The translations under genes and the position numbers were made by a program. Shown here in pieces: positions 34,320 through 46,764 of a DNA stretch of 55,267 bases (positions within the stretch are counted from its first letter, which is position 1; every line of letters begins with the position of its first letter). Under the pieces are notes generated by a model. That model saw only the letters and a program-made list of their open reading frames with translations, was not told where the DNA came from and made no database searches. This DNA comes from Rhizaria sp. SCN 62-66 (taxonomy: Eukaryota). The DNA is taken from the NCBI GenBank assembly GCA_001724265.1, contig MEDY01000360.1, positions 1-55,267 on the forward strand. Reading direction: 5' to 3'.

Positions 34320-37300
34320 ATGCAGAAGTACAACGTTATCAGCAAGGTCGGCGAAGGTTCGTACACACTCGACACGTGCCTTCCTTATCGAAGCTCTATA
34401 TATCTCGCTAATAACGCCTCGTTGCTCTCATTTACACCAAAATGTTAGCAATTTTACTCAATGTATCTATATCTCGACTTTTCTGTGTTTCTGCATTCGT
34501 CTCACTCTTTGTTGTCCCTTGTTGTTTCGCTTTTTCTTCGCTGACAATCTCTGTAATCAACTCTTATCGACTCCGCGTTCTTGTTTAGGCGCCTACGGCG
34601 TCGTGCTCAAATGCAAGGACACCGAAACTGGCGAACTCGTTGCGATTAAAAAGTTCAAAGAATCTGAAGACGACGAAATCGTGCGCAAAACCACCCTCCG
34701 CGAAGTCAAAATCCTCTCCCAAATCCGCCACCCCAACATCGTGCTGCTCAAGGACGCGTTCCGCCGCCGCGGCAAGCTCTACCTCGTCTTCGAGTTCGTC
34801 GAGCGCAATTTGCTCGAGGTCATCGAGGAGCACCCCTCCGGTTTGCACCCCGACGACGTGCGGTTGTTCATATACCAACTCGTCAAGGCCGTCGCACACT
34901 GCCACGCGTACGACATCGTGCACCGCGACGTGAAGCCGGAGAATTTGCTCGTGGCCGCGCGCACCAAACAGCTCAAGCTCTGCGACTTCGGCTTTGCGCG
35001 CGCGCTCCCCCACGGACACGCCGGCCGCACCAACAACAGCGGCGGCGGCGGCGGCGGCAACAGCGCCGGCGGCGGCAACAGCGCGGCCGGCAGCGCGGCC
35101 GGCGGCGGCAATACCCGTGGCGCCCGCCGGTCGAGCGCCAACTCACAGGCCTCGGGCGCCTCGCTGGGGGCCAAGGAGGCCAAAGACAACTCTAGCAGCA
35201 ACAGCACCAACAACGCCGCGGGAAGCACCAGCGGCGTCAAGACCGTCGAGGACTTGCTGACGGACTACGTGGCGACGCGCTGGTACCGCGCTCCTGAGCT
35301 CCTCCTGGGCTCCACCAACTACGGCAAGCCCGTCGACCTGTGGGCCATCGCGTGCATCATGGGCGAGCTGACCGACGGCGAGCCGCTCTTCCCCGGCTCC
35401 TCCGAGCTGGACCAGCTCCACGTGATCTCAAAGGTCCTCGGCACTCTACCAGAGGACCAGCGGGAGCTGTTCGCCCGGAACCCGCGCTTCGCGAACGAAC
35501 GCCTGAAGCCCGTGGCGGCCCCCGAGACGCTGGAGCGGCGCTACCTGGGCAAGCTGGACAAGCGCGCGCTGAGTTTCCTCAAGGCGCTGCTGCGGTTGGC
35601 TCCGGGGGAGCGGCTCACGGCGCGGCAGGCGCTGGAGCATCCCTACTTCGAGCCGCTGCGGGAGCGCGAGCGCGAGCAGAGGGAGCGGGAGATCAGGGAT
35701 CGTGAGGCGCGTGCTCGTCAGCAGCAGCAACAGGGCCAGGGTCAGGGCCAGGCTCAGCAGCAACAGCAGGCTGCGGTTGAGAGGGTGGGCACAGCGGGGG
35801 ATAGGGCTGAGCGCACTGCAAACGCCACGCTGCCCAAGCTCGGCCCTCAACAGCAACAGCAGCAACAGCAGCAGCATTATGGTCCCAACGCAGCGCATTC
35901 GAGCACCAATACGCCCAGCAACGCAACTGTCAATGCCGACGGCAGCGTCGGTGCCAACGGGCCCGGACTGCAGCTCGAGTTCAGCTCGGTGGCAAGTAGT
36001 ATGACGAGTATGCTTGAGGCCGCGGAGGCGCGCCGTAAACGCGCCGTTGCCGCCGCCGCTGTTGCCAGCAACAACAACAGTAACATCAGTAATAACGGCG
36101 TGCAGAATCGGCCGCCGACACAGCAGGGCGCCCAGCAGCAACAACAGATGTCTCTAAATGCGACCGTGGGCGGCTCCACTATGGGCGGGGCGGGGGACGC
36201 TGCTGCTGCCTCCGCGGCGTCTGTCAAGCGCACAGGCACGCAAAAGACACTGCAGCAACAACAACAACAACAGCTGCAGCAGCAGACGCAACAGCAGCAG
36301 CAGCTGGGGCAGCGGCAGACTCAACAGCAACAGCAGCAGCAACAGCAGCAGACGCAACAGCAAATGCAGTACAATGCACTCTACCAGCCTCAGCAGCAGC
36401 AGCAGCAGCCTCAGCCCGGCATTGCGCGACTTGCGACCACCACCGCTGGCGGCGCAGGCGGCTTAACTTCCTCTGCGGCGCTGAGCCACATGTCCCTCGT
36501 CGCGAGCGTCCCTGTGGCCGCGGCGACGACGGGCGCCGCGCTGGCTGCGGGGCCCAACAGTGGCGGGCTGGCGCGGGTCGCGACGCAACAACAGCAACAG
36601 CAGCAGCAGCACTTGCAGTACCAGCAGCAGCAGCAGCAGTATCAGCAGCAGTTGTTGTTGCAGCAGCAACAACAAGCGCAGGCGCAGGCGCAGCAGCAGC
36701 AGCGGCAGCAGAGGCAGGTGACCGCCTCGGACGCCAATGCTGTCGCATACGGCTTCGCCCCGACTCTCGTTCCCGCGAACAGCAACAACGCCAGCAGCGG
36801 CGGCAGCAGCAGCAGCAGCAGTAGTAATCTCGCTGGCATCAACGCTGGCATCAACAACAACAGCAGCGGTGGCGGCGGCGGCGGTGGCGGCGGCGGTGGC
36901 AACATGGGCGCGGCTCTGGGTGGACTGGGAGGGCTCAACCTCGGCCTCGGCGTCGGCGTCGGCGTCATGCCCCCCTCCTACGGCGTCGACTCGCTGTCCC
37001 TGTCTCACTCGTTGACGCGCACGCGCACGGGCACGGGCGCCAGCGCGAGCAGCTCCGGCCCTGCCGCTGCGGTCAACGGCGGCAGCGGTCTCAACACCAC
37101 CGCCGCCAACGCTGCGAACCTCAGCGGCGGCGTGGGCCTGAGCGTGGGCGGCCACGCGGGGGGCGGGTCACTGCCGCTGCCGATGCCGATCCCGCTGCCC
37201 CTGCCTCCGCAACAACAGCAGCTGGGGCAGCAGCAGCAGCTCGGGCAGAGTCGGGAAGGGCTGGCGAGCAGAGGCGGAATGGGTCTCGGCGGCTTAGGTT

Positions 37301-37632
37301 TGAACAGCGGCTTGACTTTAAGCGGCGGCCTGACTTCCGACCACCACAACTACGCCGCGTTGCCGCATTCGCAACAGCTGGGACCGCAGCAAATGGCCCA
37401 GCTGCAGATGCAGATGCAGCAAATGCAGCTCACTCCGCCCAACAACAACAACAGCAACAACAACAACGGGAACGTTGGTGCGGGGCCGCTGTTGCAGCAG
37501 GTTCCTGGGGCCATGTCGCTGCATCCCAACGCACACACTACCGTTGGCGGCGGCGGGAGCAGCAGCAGTCTGGCGCAGGTCGTCTCCGGCAACGGCGCGC
37601 CGTACGTAAGCGCCAGCGCCAGCGCCACCCCT

Positions 37633-37666
<34 letters not shown>

Positions 37667-37941
37667 TGATGATGCAGCAACAACAGCAGCAACAGCAACA
37701 GCAGCAGATGATGATGCTGGCGCAGCAGCAGCAGCAGCAACAGCAACAGCAGATGCTCCAGCGCCAGCAGCAGCTGCAGCAGCAACAGCAGCAGCAGCAG
37801 TGGGCTCTCCAGCAACAACAGCAGCAGCAGCAACAGCAAGGCGTCGGCTATGGTCACGGCCACGGCCACGGCCACGGCCACAGCGGCGGCGGCCACGGGC
37901 TCGGTCACGGCGTGCCCGTGAGCTACGGCAAGGGCTACTGA
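34320..37941 (+). CDS. CDKL-family (CDKL5/LF5-like) Ser/Thr kinase with poly-Q C-terminal tail, 2 exons 34320-34356 and 34589-37941, about 1129 aa
   Basis: Splicing GTTCGT..TTTAG (34357-34588, 232 nt) gives [83 protein letters not shown] and LERRYLGKL are CDKL hallmarks. Stop TGA. Confidence 0.93.
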
Positions 37942-38701
37942 AGCTACAACGAAAGCATTCACAGCTAACTTGAACACCGAAAGGCTCAAACGGGTACAGC
38001 TGAGTGAACTGACTGTATGGAAGACTCTTTGGTGTTGTTCACAGCTTTGGTTGCCTGACTTGTTGTTCTGCTTGCGTTTGTTGTATATTTTTTTAAATTT
38101 AATGATTGAATGACTTTGGTTTTTGCCTTTTTTTGAGAGCTTTGCGTTGTGTGTTTGTTTGTTCGTTAGTTTTGTGATACTTGTACCTATTCGCATGATT
38201 CAAACAGCACCCTCTTTCGAAGGAAAAGGAAGTACAATATGCATGTTGTACGATGTAATTCTTAATAACTTGTTTTTTCCCGTGACTATTTGTTCTTTGT
38301 TCCGTCGTTGTCTGCCTTGCATCTGCTGTTTCAATTTGAGTCAATACGTTAAATAGAGTGTCTTTATTCAGTTGCTTCACTCTGCACACTATCGCCTTGG
38401 GTTGGTCTCTGCTTAAGCTGCATTTTAGATCGAACTTGATATAATGTTGACATGAGTGTTCATATTGTTATTATTTCTTCATGTGTTGTTCTATGGTCAT
38501 TATTACCTCCGAATGTCTCGTAGCACGAAGGACCCGTTTTCTCCTATCACGAAAATGAGTTATGCAATCATCGTATCTCGCAACGTGATAACGCCGATAA
38601 AATCAACACTTGACGGAAATACTTGCAATTGAAATAATAAAATTGAAACAAGCGCATTATACTTCTGAAACTCCTCGAAATGGCTTGGTGGTCAGGGGAG
38701 G

Positions 38702-38737
38702 TGCTCACGGTCACCCGCGGCCAAGTGACCGTGAGCA
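38702..38737. promoter_or_regulatory. Perfect 13-bp inverted repeat TGCTCACGGTCAC-N10-GTGACCGTGAGCA upstream of the PABP start
   Basis: Arms 38702-38714 and 38725-38737 are exact reverse complements, 120-160 nt upstream of the ATG. The repeat is certain; a regulatory role is inferred only from position. Confidence 0.45.
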
Positions 38738-38789
38738 GCGGCAACTTGCTCCACGACTGGCAGCGAACGGGGGACTGGGCTCGGTGGCT

Positions 38790-38809
38790 GGGGGGGGGGG
38801 GGGGGGGGG
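38790..38809 (+). repeat. G20 tract about 50 nt upstream of the PABP ATG
   Basis: 20 consecutive G flanked by further GGG runs (potential G-quadruplex). Confidence 0.85.
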
Positions 38810-38858
38810 CGTGGGACGACTCGGGTAATCTAACCAGACATCTTCAAAAACTAAAAAA

Positions 38859-41255
38859 ATGGCGTCTACTGCTGCTACCACCACGACCACTCTGACTGCT
38901 GCCAACCTGAACTCCGGTTCTCTGTGTACGTCTCTACCCTGGACTCTCCAATCAACCTCATCCTCACTGTACTTTTGCCTCTGCGGACGGCCCCCGAGCG
39001 CTTTTTGCGTAATCGCGCTCGTTAAATCAGTAGATCCTGCGTAGATCTTTGCTTGCAGTGTGTTTTCAATCTGTATCATGGGAAATGACGCGCTGTGTAA
39101 AGGCCTCCATGAGACTTTAGCGCGCCTTCTTCTACCGTCATTGGCCAATTCCGCGCTCACTTTGCTTTCCCTCTGTTCTCGCCTCTGCTACCCCTCTTTC
39201 GCCCCTATTTTTCTACCGAACTCGTAACAAACAACTCTATTTTGTTATCCTTGTCGTAATTGTTGTTCTATCGTTCCCATCTTTCCCTGACTCACCCTTT
39301 CCCAAACCAAAACCCACAACCACAACTCAAACTGCACACGTAACTCTTCGCGTGTCTCCCCACGCTCCCCACGACCCCCATTTTCGCTCTTCCCTCGTGC
39401 GCACTGCTCAGACGTCGGCGACCTCGCCCCCGAGGTTGATGAGAACGACTTGAACGAGAAGTTCAGCGCGGCGGGCCAGATCGCGACGATCCGCCTGTGC
39501 CGCGACTCGACCACGCGCCGCTCTCTGGGCTACGCCTACGTCAACTACCTCGACCCCGTGTCGGCGCAGAAGGCGTTCGACACGCTCAACTTCTCTGAGA
39601 TCAAGGGCAAGCAGTGCCGCGTGTGCTGGGTGAACCGCGATTCGTCGCAGCGCCGCTCCGGCCTGGGCAACCTCCACGTTTCGGGCCTCAGCGACAGCGT
39701 CGACAACCTCACCCTCTACACGGCTTTCTCCAAGTTCGGCACCGTCCTCTCGTCCAAGATCTGCTACAACCGCGACACGCACAAGCCGCTCGGCTACGCG
39801 TTCGTCCAGTTCGAGTCGGATGAGATCGCGCGCGACGTGGTCGAGAACAAGTCCCCCGTCACCGTCGGCGACTCCAAGGCCGTCGTGGCCATGTACAAGC
39901 AGCGCAAGGACCGCCAGGCGCAGCGCTTCACCAACATCTACGTGAAGAACCTCCCCGGCTCCTGGACCAAGGAGAAGCTCGACGAGACTTTCTCCCAGTT
40001 CGGCAAGATCACCTCCTCCGTGCTTTACAACGCGCGCCCCTCGCCTGCCGCCGCCGCCGCCGCCACCGCCGAGGGCGCTGAGGCTGCTTCCCCCGCGCCT
40101 GAGGCCCTCTCTTACGGTTTCGTGTCTTTCGAGACGAACGAGCAGGCGCAGCACGCGATCGAGCGCGCCAACGAGCTCGACGTCGAGGGCCGCCGCGTCT
40201 ACGCCGCCGCCGCCATCTCCCGCGCCGAACGCGAGCGCTCCAAGCGCGACAACCGCAGTCTGCGCGCGCAGCAGATCAACAGCAAGTCGCTCCACTGCAA
40301 CCTCTACGTCAAGTTCCTGCCCGAGACGGTCACCGATGACAAGGTCCGCGAGGTCTTCGCGCGCTTCGGCACCATCACCTCGCTCCGCGTCAACCGCACC
40401 GCGGACAACGGCCCGTGCACGGGCGTGGCGTTCGTCTGCTACAACGCGCCCGAGGAGGCCAACAAGGCCATCGCGGCGCTGAACCAGTCCCTCGAGTTCG
40501 GCGGCGCGGCCCGTCTCTACGTGGCCCTCCACCAGCCTAAGACCCAGCGCCTCGCCCACGGCGGCGCGCACGGCGGCGTCCACGGCGGCCACTTCCGCGG
40601 CGGCCTGCCGCCCCACGCCGCGGGCGGCCGCTTCCCGGGCGGCGGCTACGGCGGTTACCCCCAGCAGGGCGGCTACTATGGCGCGCCCTACGGCATGTAC
40701 CCGGCGATGGGCGGCGCGCGCGGCGGCTTCCGCGGCGGCTACGCGCAGGGTGCGGCCTACGGCATGCACCCGGGGCAGATGATGATGCAGCAGCAGGGCG
40801 GCTACGCGCGTGGCCCGCGCGGCGTCCAGGGCGGCGTCCGCGGCGCGGGCATGGGCGGCATGGGCCCCGCAGGCGCGCGCGTGGGCGCCGGGCCCCGCGG
40901 CCCGCGCATGGGCGGCGCGTACGGGCAGCAGATGGGCGGCCAGCAGGGCCAGATGCAGCGCCAGCGCCGCCCGCAGCAGCAGCAGCAGCAGCAGCAGCAG
41001 GGCGGTGTCGTCGCCGGCGGTTTCGACCTCGCTGCGTTCAACAGCATGCCCGCTGACCAGCGCCGCAACTACCTCGGCGAGCTCGTGTACCCGCTCGTGC
41101 AGGCCCTCGACGAGCAGCACGCGCCCAAGATCACCGGTATGATCATCGAGATGGACCACAATGAGGTCATCAAGCTGCTCCACGCGCCCGCCGAGCTTCA
41201 GGACAAGGTCGCCGAGGCGCGCCAGGTCCTGCAGGAGGCGGGCACCACCGCGTAA
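38859..41255 (+). CDS. PABP: Cytoplasmic poly(A)-binding protein (4 RRM + RGG/Q linker + MLLE/PABC), 2 exons 38859-38925 and 39412-41255, about 636 aa
   Basis: Intron GTACGT..CTCAG 38926-39411 (486 nt) restores NSGSLY|VGDLAPEV. RRM1 CRDSTTRRSLGYAYVNY, RRM2 GNLHVSGL..LGYAFVQF, RRM3 FTNIYVKNL..YGFVSF, RRM4 CNLYVKFL..GVAFVCY, PABC LGELVYPLV..APKITGMIIEMD. Stop TAA. Confidence 0.96.
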
Positions 41256-41904
41256 GCGCGCCATTTGCAGTGCAGTGTAGCCGCTTCACTGTGTATTCGC
41301 GGGGAGTGACTGAGTGACGCAGATCTTGCTTCTACTCGCTCTCTCACTCGCTGTCCAGTGACGCAACGGCAGCGCCCATTTTTCTTCAGAAATACTCCTA
41401 CTTTGTTCGTTTCATTTCATTCATCCCCCCAGCCATCAATTTTTATCAGTTTCTCTTTCTTCATTTTTTTCTTTTTCACTCTTTCCCCGTCTTGACAACA
41501 AACATGTTGTTGAGATGGGGTGACGTATGTAAATGAGTTATTCATAACGTGCTTTTTCTGGTGTTTGTGTGTGTGCTCACTTACGAACCACGCTGCGCGT
41601 CCTGTCCTTGCCACATTGTGTTCTCATCTTTTCAAGTCCCCACCCCGTTTCCCTCCCCCCGCATCCCGCCGTCCGCCGCCAGCCAGCTAGCCATCCAGTC
41701 AAGCCTCGTCCAATCTAACCTCTCATCCATCTCGCATCTCGCATCTCAGCAACAATCCCGTCCAGTCTCAAGCTTCTTCTTTCTAGGCTCGCTGTGTCTC
41801 GTGCGTGTGCGCGACGACAGTGTTGTGGCGGTGTGTGGACTGGGCAGGGCGGGCTGGCGGCGGACACCCGCAGTCTCAGTCTCTATGTCTAGTCGCTCTC
41901 TATA

Positions 41905-41949
41905 TTTCTCTTTCTCTTTCTCTCTCTCTCTCTCTCTGCTTTCTCTCTC
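41905..41949 (+). repeat. Imperfect (CT)n microsatellite downstream of PABP
   Basis: tttctctttctctttctctctctctctctctctgctttctctctc. Confidence 0.8.
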
Positions 41950-43808
41950 GGACGCTCGTGCTATGCAACCGCATAGCGCGACTGTATGCACTTCGCCACG
42001 CTTGCCAGTCTGTTGTAGACCCTCTAGACAGGCTGGCTGGCAGGCGGCAGCGCTCTGTGACACCTTTGGTCGTAACGTGTGTTTAGGCTCTGCTTCGCTG
42101 CTGATTCACTTGTCGTCACAGCAGCAAGGCGGGTGTTCAGACGTGGCACAAGCTGTTATGGCCGTGTGCTCTTTCCTCCACACGGCGACTACGGCCTCTG
42201 TTATGCTCCGCATGCGTGCGCGCTCCGCTGCCTCACTCTCGATATCGGGGGCAGCAACCGGGTGGCGCAAGCGTGGCGCGATGCCAGTGCACGACACGAT
42301 AGAAAGCGTGAGTTGGCGTGAGTTGTTGGGTTGCGAGCGATAAAAGTGACGTCTTCGGTGACCGACTGCGAAAAATTACAAGAATAAGATATCAAAACAA
42401 AAGAAAAAACAATACAAAAAAAAAAAAAAATCGGCTTGAATCGGCCTTCATCTAGTGTAACCGTAAAAGTGAGTGCAACTTGAAATGCTCTCGTTGTCAA
42501 AAGCTTCATTGAGAAAAATATGGCAATCCAATGACAGATGTGAGTTATTGAAATAGTAGTACATGTATTTTATCGTTAATATCAATAAGCGACAAAAACC
42601 ACAACGTATCGCGAGCAAACATATAAAAGATACAGCTTCAGGAAAGATAAGCCCACAAGTCGGAGTCAAAAGTCATGCGCGGGCGGGCGTAAATCAAGTC
42701 ATAGTCACAGAAAACATCGGAAGGCTTAACAAAGCGAGTGCACAGCATGTCTCCACGGCTGAGGGCATGGCTAAGCGCATGCGGCCGCGGGAGACAGCTG
42801 TGCGAGTGAGCGCGTTATGGAGGACGGCGCAAGCAGGGATAGGGCGGAGTATGACTGTGATGTGATTGTACAGGACGCTGACACGACGATCGGCGAGCGC
42901 TTACGACTGAGACTGCGACTACAGCTGTGTGAATGTGAATATGACTGTGGATGCGAGTATGATTATGGGTGCAACTGTGAATGAACGAACGAATAAATGA
43001 ACGAATGAAGAAAGTGACGGTAGATATGAGAGAGTCTGTAGCCTCAGAAGTCCGTGGGTGTGCGAAAACGAGGAAACTGCTGAGGATAAGAAGAGTGAGT
43101 GAAGAAACATGGAGGGATGATACGGGGCTAAAAGAGGGGACAATTGCGTGCGGCAACTGCGTTGCTGCGGCCGTCGCTGCCGCAGTCGGTATTGTTGTTG
43201 TTGAGCAAGAGCATCAGCATTAGTAGTGGCACTGCTGACGAGAGGAAGGGGAGGGGTGTTATTGCGGCAAGAATTACAAAGGACGATACAATGCGATAAG
43301 ATAACTGTTAAGCTAACCAAACAAAATGAATACAACAAAATGATGATTGAAAAACAGGCAGATAAAAGATTTAAACAACGGCGAGACATCAACACAACAC
43401 AAGACAAACACGCACAATTATAACAACCAAACAAAAAAAGCGCGACTAGTTGGAAGCACTGAAACACGACACAATGACAAAAGCGCACGGAGACACAACA
43501 CACTCACAAATGACCCAAACACGACACGTTGTGGACTTAAGACTAAAGACATCGAGACGTATATGGTGCATGTACGCTCTCTCCCTCTCTACGGCACTGT
43601 ACAGCGTCCAAAGCCCCACTGTGTGACGCGCGTGTGTAATCAGAATCAAACATGAAATAGATACGTCGTATGATGATGTTGCTCTGATTGTCTGTGCTCA
43701 GCTGCTCAAAGCATCGCATCTCAACTCTGCGTGTGTGTGCGTGTGTGTTAAGCCGTGGCTCTCAGCGCAGCGTTGTCGAGTACTGCCCAGTCGCCTCAGA
43801 CCTAGATC

Positions 43809-46764
43809 TCAGACCTCGACGGCGACCGCGCCGCTGAGCCCGCCGCCGCCACCGGTGCTGCTGCTGCTGGCGGTGGCGGTGGCGTCGAGGCTGGGCGCCT
43901 TGCTGCCGAAGCTCGGCGCGGCGTCGACGCTGGGCCCCGGGCTGGGCATCGAGATCGGGACAGGGATGATTTGCCCGGCGGTGCTGCGGCTGCTGCTGCG
44001 CTTCGAGTCGAAGCCGGGGGAGGTGAAGAAGGACGTGCTGCCGCCGCTGCCGGCGCCCACGCCCACGGTCATGCTGCCACTGACGACGATGCCGTTGCTG
44101 TTGCTGCTGTTTGACCCGGCGGCGGCGGAGCTGACGATGACGGGGACGGGCACCGACGACGCGCCGGCGGCCGCGGCGGGGGCCGGCAGCGGCGACGGCA
44201 GCGGCGATGGCAGCGGCGCCGGCGCCAGCGACAGCGGGTGCGGCAGCGAAGCAGCAGCAGTGGAGACGGCGGCGGGGACGGCGACTGGCGCGGCGGGCAC
44301 AATGCCTGCACCGCTGTTGCTGCTTCTCGCGGCACAGACGCCGCCGTTGCCGCTGCTGCCGCTGGCCTGGCTCTGGCTGGTGCTGCTGGTCGCGTCGACC
44401 GAGTTGAACCGCAGCAGCGTCTCCTCGCCGTGGCTGTGCGCGCGCGCGTGCCCACCGCCGCCGCCGCCGTGGCCGCCAGCGCCGCCGGGGCCGCCGGAGG
44501 TGGAGACCGCGCGCTCGACCCGCGGCGTCACCGTCATATGCGTCGTCGCCGACGCCGCCGCTGTGGCAGCTGCGGCGGTGGTGGTGGTCACGACGACGGT
44601 GTGCGCCGACGACGCGGGCGGCAGCGGCGCCGGGCGCGGCGCGTAAGCCGGGGTCGCGGCGACCGAGTTGGGCAGCGAAAACGGCAGCGCGCCTCCGCCG
44701 CCGCTGCCGCGCGCGCTCACCATCACCCCGTTGACGCTCACGCCGCCCGCAGCGATACCGCTGCTAGCGGCTCCTGCACCGGCGCCAGAGCCAGCGCCTG
44801 CAATAGCGCTGCCGCGGGCGCCGGCGGCGGAGATGACGAGCGTGGGCGTCGTCCCGCTGCCGTTCGCCACGGCGGCGTTGGCGGAGTGAGAGGAGCTTGA
44901 GGTCGCGGCGGCGGCGGTATTGGGTCCGTTCTGCTGCGAGTAGTAGGTGAACTGGCCGGACGGGGCAGCCATGGGGCCCAGGAAGCCGCTGCTGCTGCCG
45001 CCTGCGCCCGCGCCGGCGCCGCCGTGCCCCGCATGCCCGTGCCCGTGACCGTGGCCGCCATGGCCGTGGCCACAGTGGGCGGGGTGAGGCCCGTGGTGGG
45101 GGCTGCCGAAGCCGCCGTAGGAGAGATTCGTGCTCGTGGTCGCGAACGGCGAAGGCGGGACAGCGAACGAGGCGCGCGTGCTACCGGAGACCGAGACGGC
45201 GCCAGAGGACGACGACACGCCGCGCGGCCGGCGCGCTACGGCGTCCGCGCACCGCTCGAACTGGAAGTCTGAGTAGTAAAAGCAACAACAACCACAAAGA
45301 AAAAGCAACGCGAAACAAAACAAGAGAATAGATAGAAGAAATACACAGTGAGAAAAATGACATTTAGAATGAATTTTAATAAAATCGTGTACTGGCGCGC
45401 GTTCATTATTGCAGTGAAATATTAACTCAATGCATGCGCATATACTGCCTCAAATCGACGCATTTGTGAACAAATGGTGGCGTACCGAAGTAGAGCTGTG
45501 CAAAGTGCGCCTGCGCGTCGTGCTTGTCCATTTCGAGCCTGTCGTCGCCGTGGATGTCGACGAGCTCGTGGATGATGGGCACGCTGGACGCCACGCCCAG
45601 CGAGTCGAACAGCAGGAAGCGCGAGGAGCGGCGGAACGAGCCCATGCGGGACTGGCGCCGCGACCCCAGCGACAGCAGGGACGCGCGGACGCCGGCGCCG
45701 GGCAGCAGCGCCGAGGCGGAGCCGCCCGAGCCGGCCATGGAGACCGAGGCCGGCGGCGGCAGCAGCAACGCCGGGTGCGGCACGGCGGTGTCGAACGCGT
45801 CGTTCTCCTCTTCGTCGTCGTCGTCGTCGCCGTGCCCGCCGCCGTGGCCGTGGCCGCCGTTGCCGCTCCCAGTGCCGCGCTTGCGGGTGGAGTAGCTCAG
45901 CTTCGCGGCGCCCGCGGCGGCACCGGCGGCGGCGCCCGCGGCGGCGGCGGCGGCGGCGGCGCTGTTGCTACTTGTGCGTGCCGGATTGCTGTTGCTGTTG
46001 TTGTTGTTGATGCTGCCGCCAGAGCGTCCGAAAGCGTCCATGGCGTTGCTGCTGCTGGGGGCGAGCGGCCCCTCTTCGCAGTTGATGTCGTCCTCGTACG
46101 CGCCCACGGCGTCGTCGGGGCCGCGGTGGTCGTCGTCGACGTGGCTGTTGCTTTGGTTCGCGCGCCGGCTGCGGCGCCCGGGGGTCATCGTCACGCTCGG
46201 GCTCGCAGCGCCCGCAGCGGCAGCACCGCCGCCGCCGCCGCCGGAGCCCGCGGCGCCAACAGCAGCGGAGCCGGCGACGGCGGTAGCGGCGACGGCTAGA
46301 GACAGCGAGGGCGTGGACGAGTGGTGCGCGGGCGGGTGCGTGCTGCGGCTAGGGCGCGACGAGGCAGACGCGTGCGCGCCGCTGCCGCCGCCATTGTGAC
46401 TGGAGGTCGGGCTCGGCGCAGGGTTACCGCTACCATGGCCGTTGCCAGCGCCAGTGCTGGTGGACTTGGCGTCCGCGAGCTCGCTGGAGTGCGAGTGCGG
46501 GGCTTGTGTGGCGCTGGGGCGCGCGGAGGCGTCGGGCGTGGCAGTGATGGTTGTGACGAGCGCGGTGGTCGCGCCACCAGCGCCCGCGGGGGACGCGGTG
46601 GCGCCCGCAGCGGCGGTGTCTTTAGCGGAGTTGCTGCCAGCGGCGGCGGACTTGGGCGTGGCAGTGGCGCCTGCGCGGGCAGAAGGGGAAGAGGAGGAGC
46701 GCGCGCCGGCCTTGGGCGAGGGCGAAACGTCGGCGTTGGCAACGACGGAGGAACCGCACCCCAT
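43809..46764 (-). CDS. Hypothetical S/A/G-rich disordered protein with N-terminal MGCGSS dual-acylation signal, 2 exons 46764-45486 and 45268-43809, about 912 aa
   Basis: Intron GTACGC..CTCAG 45485-45269 (217 nt) joins HFAQLYF-D|FQFERCADAV. MGCxxS fits N-myristoylation + S-palmitoylation consensus. Only a short ordered-looking core (RFLLFDSLGVASSVPIIHELVDIHGDDRLEMDKHDAQAHFAQLYFDFQFERC). Stop TGA. Confidence 0.8.

Noticed and set aside
39408-41264. Long antisense or alternative-frame ORFs (for example 39408-41264 -, 8724-10694 -, 2203-3912 -, 23605-24804 +, 8499-9608 +, 54577-55179 +)
   Set aside because: Shadow ORFs expected from GC-rich codon bias and trinucleotide repeats; they overlap better-supported genes and show no motifs.
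41549-43655. ORFs of 100-260 aa between PABP and the MGCGSS gene
   Set aside because: Microsatellite- and T/A-rich sequence typical of two convergent 3'UTRs; translations lack the codon style of real genes here.
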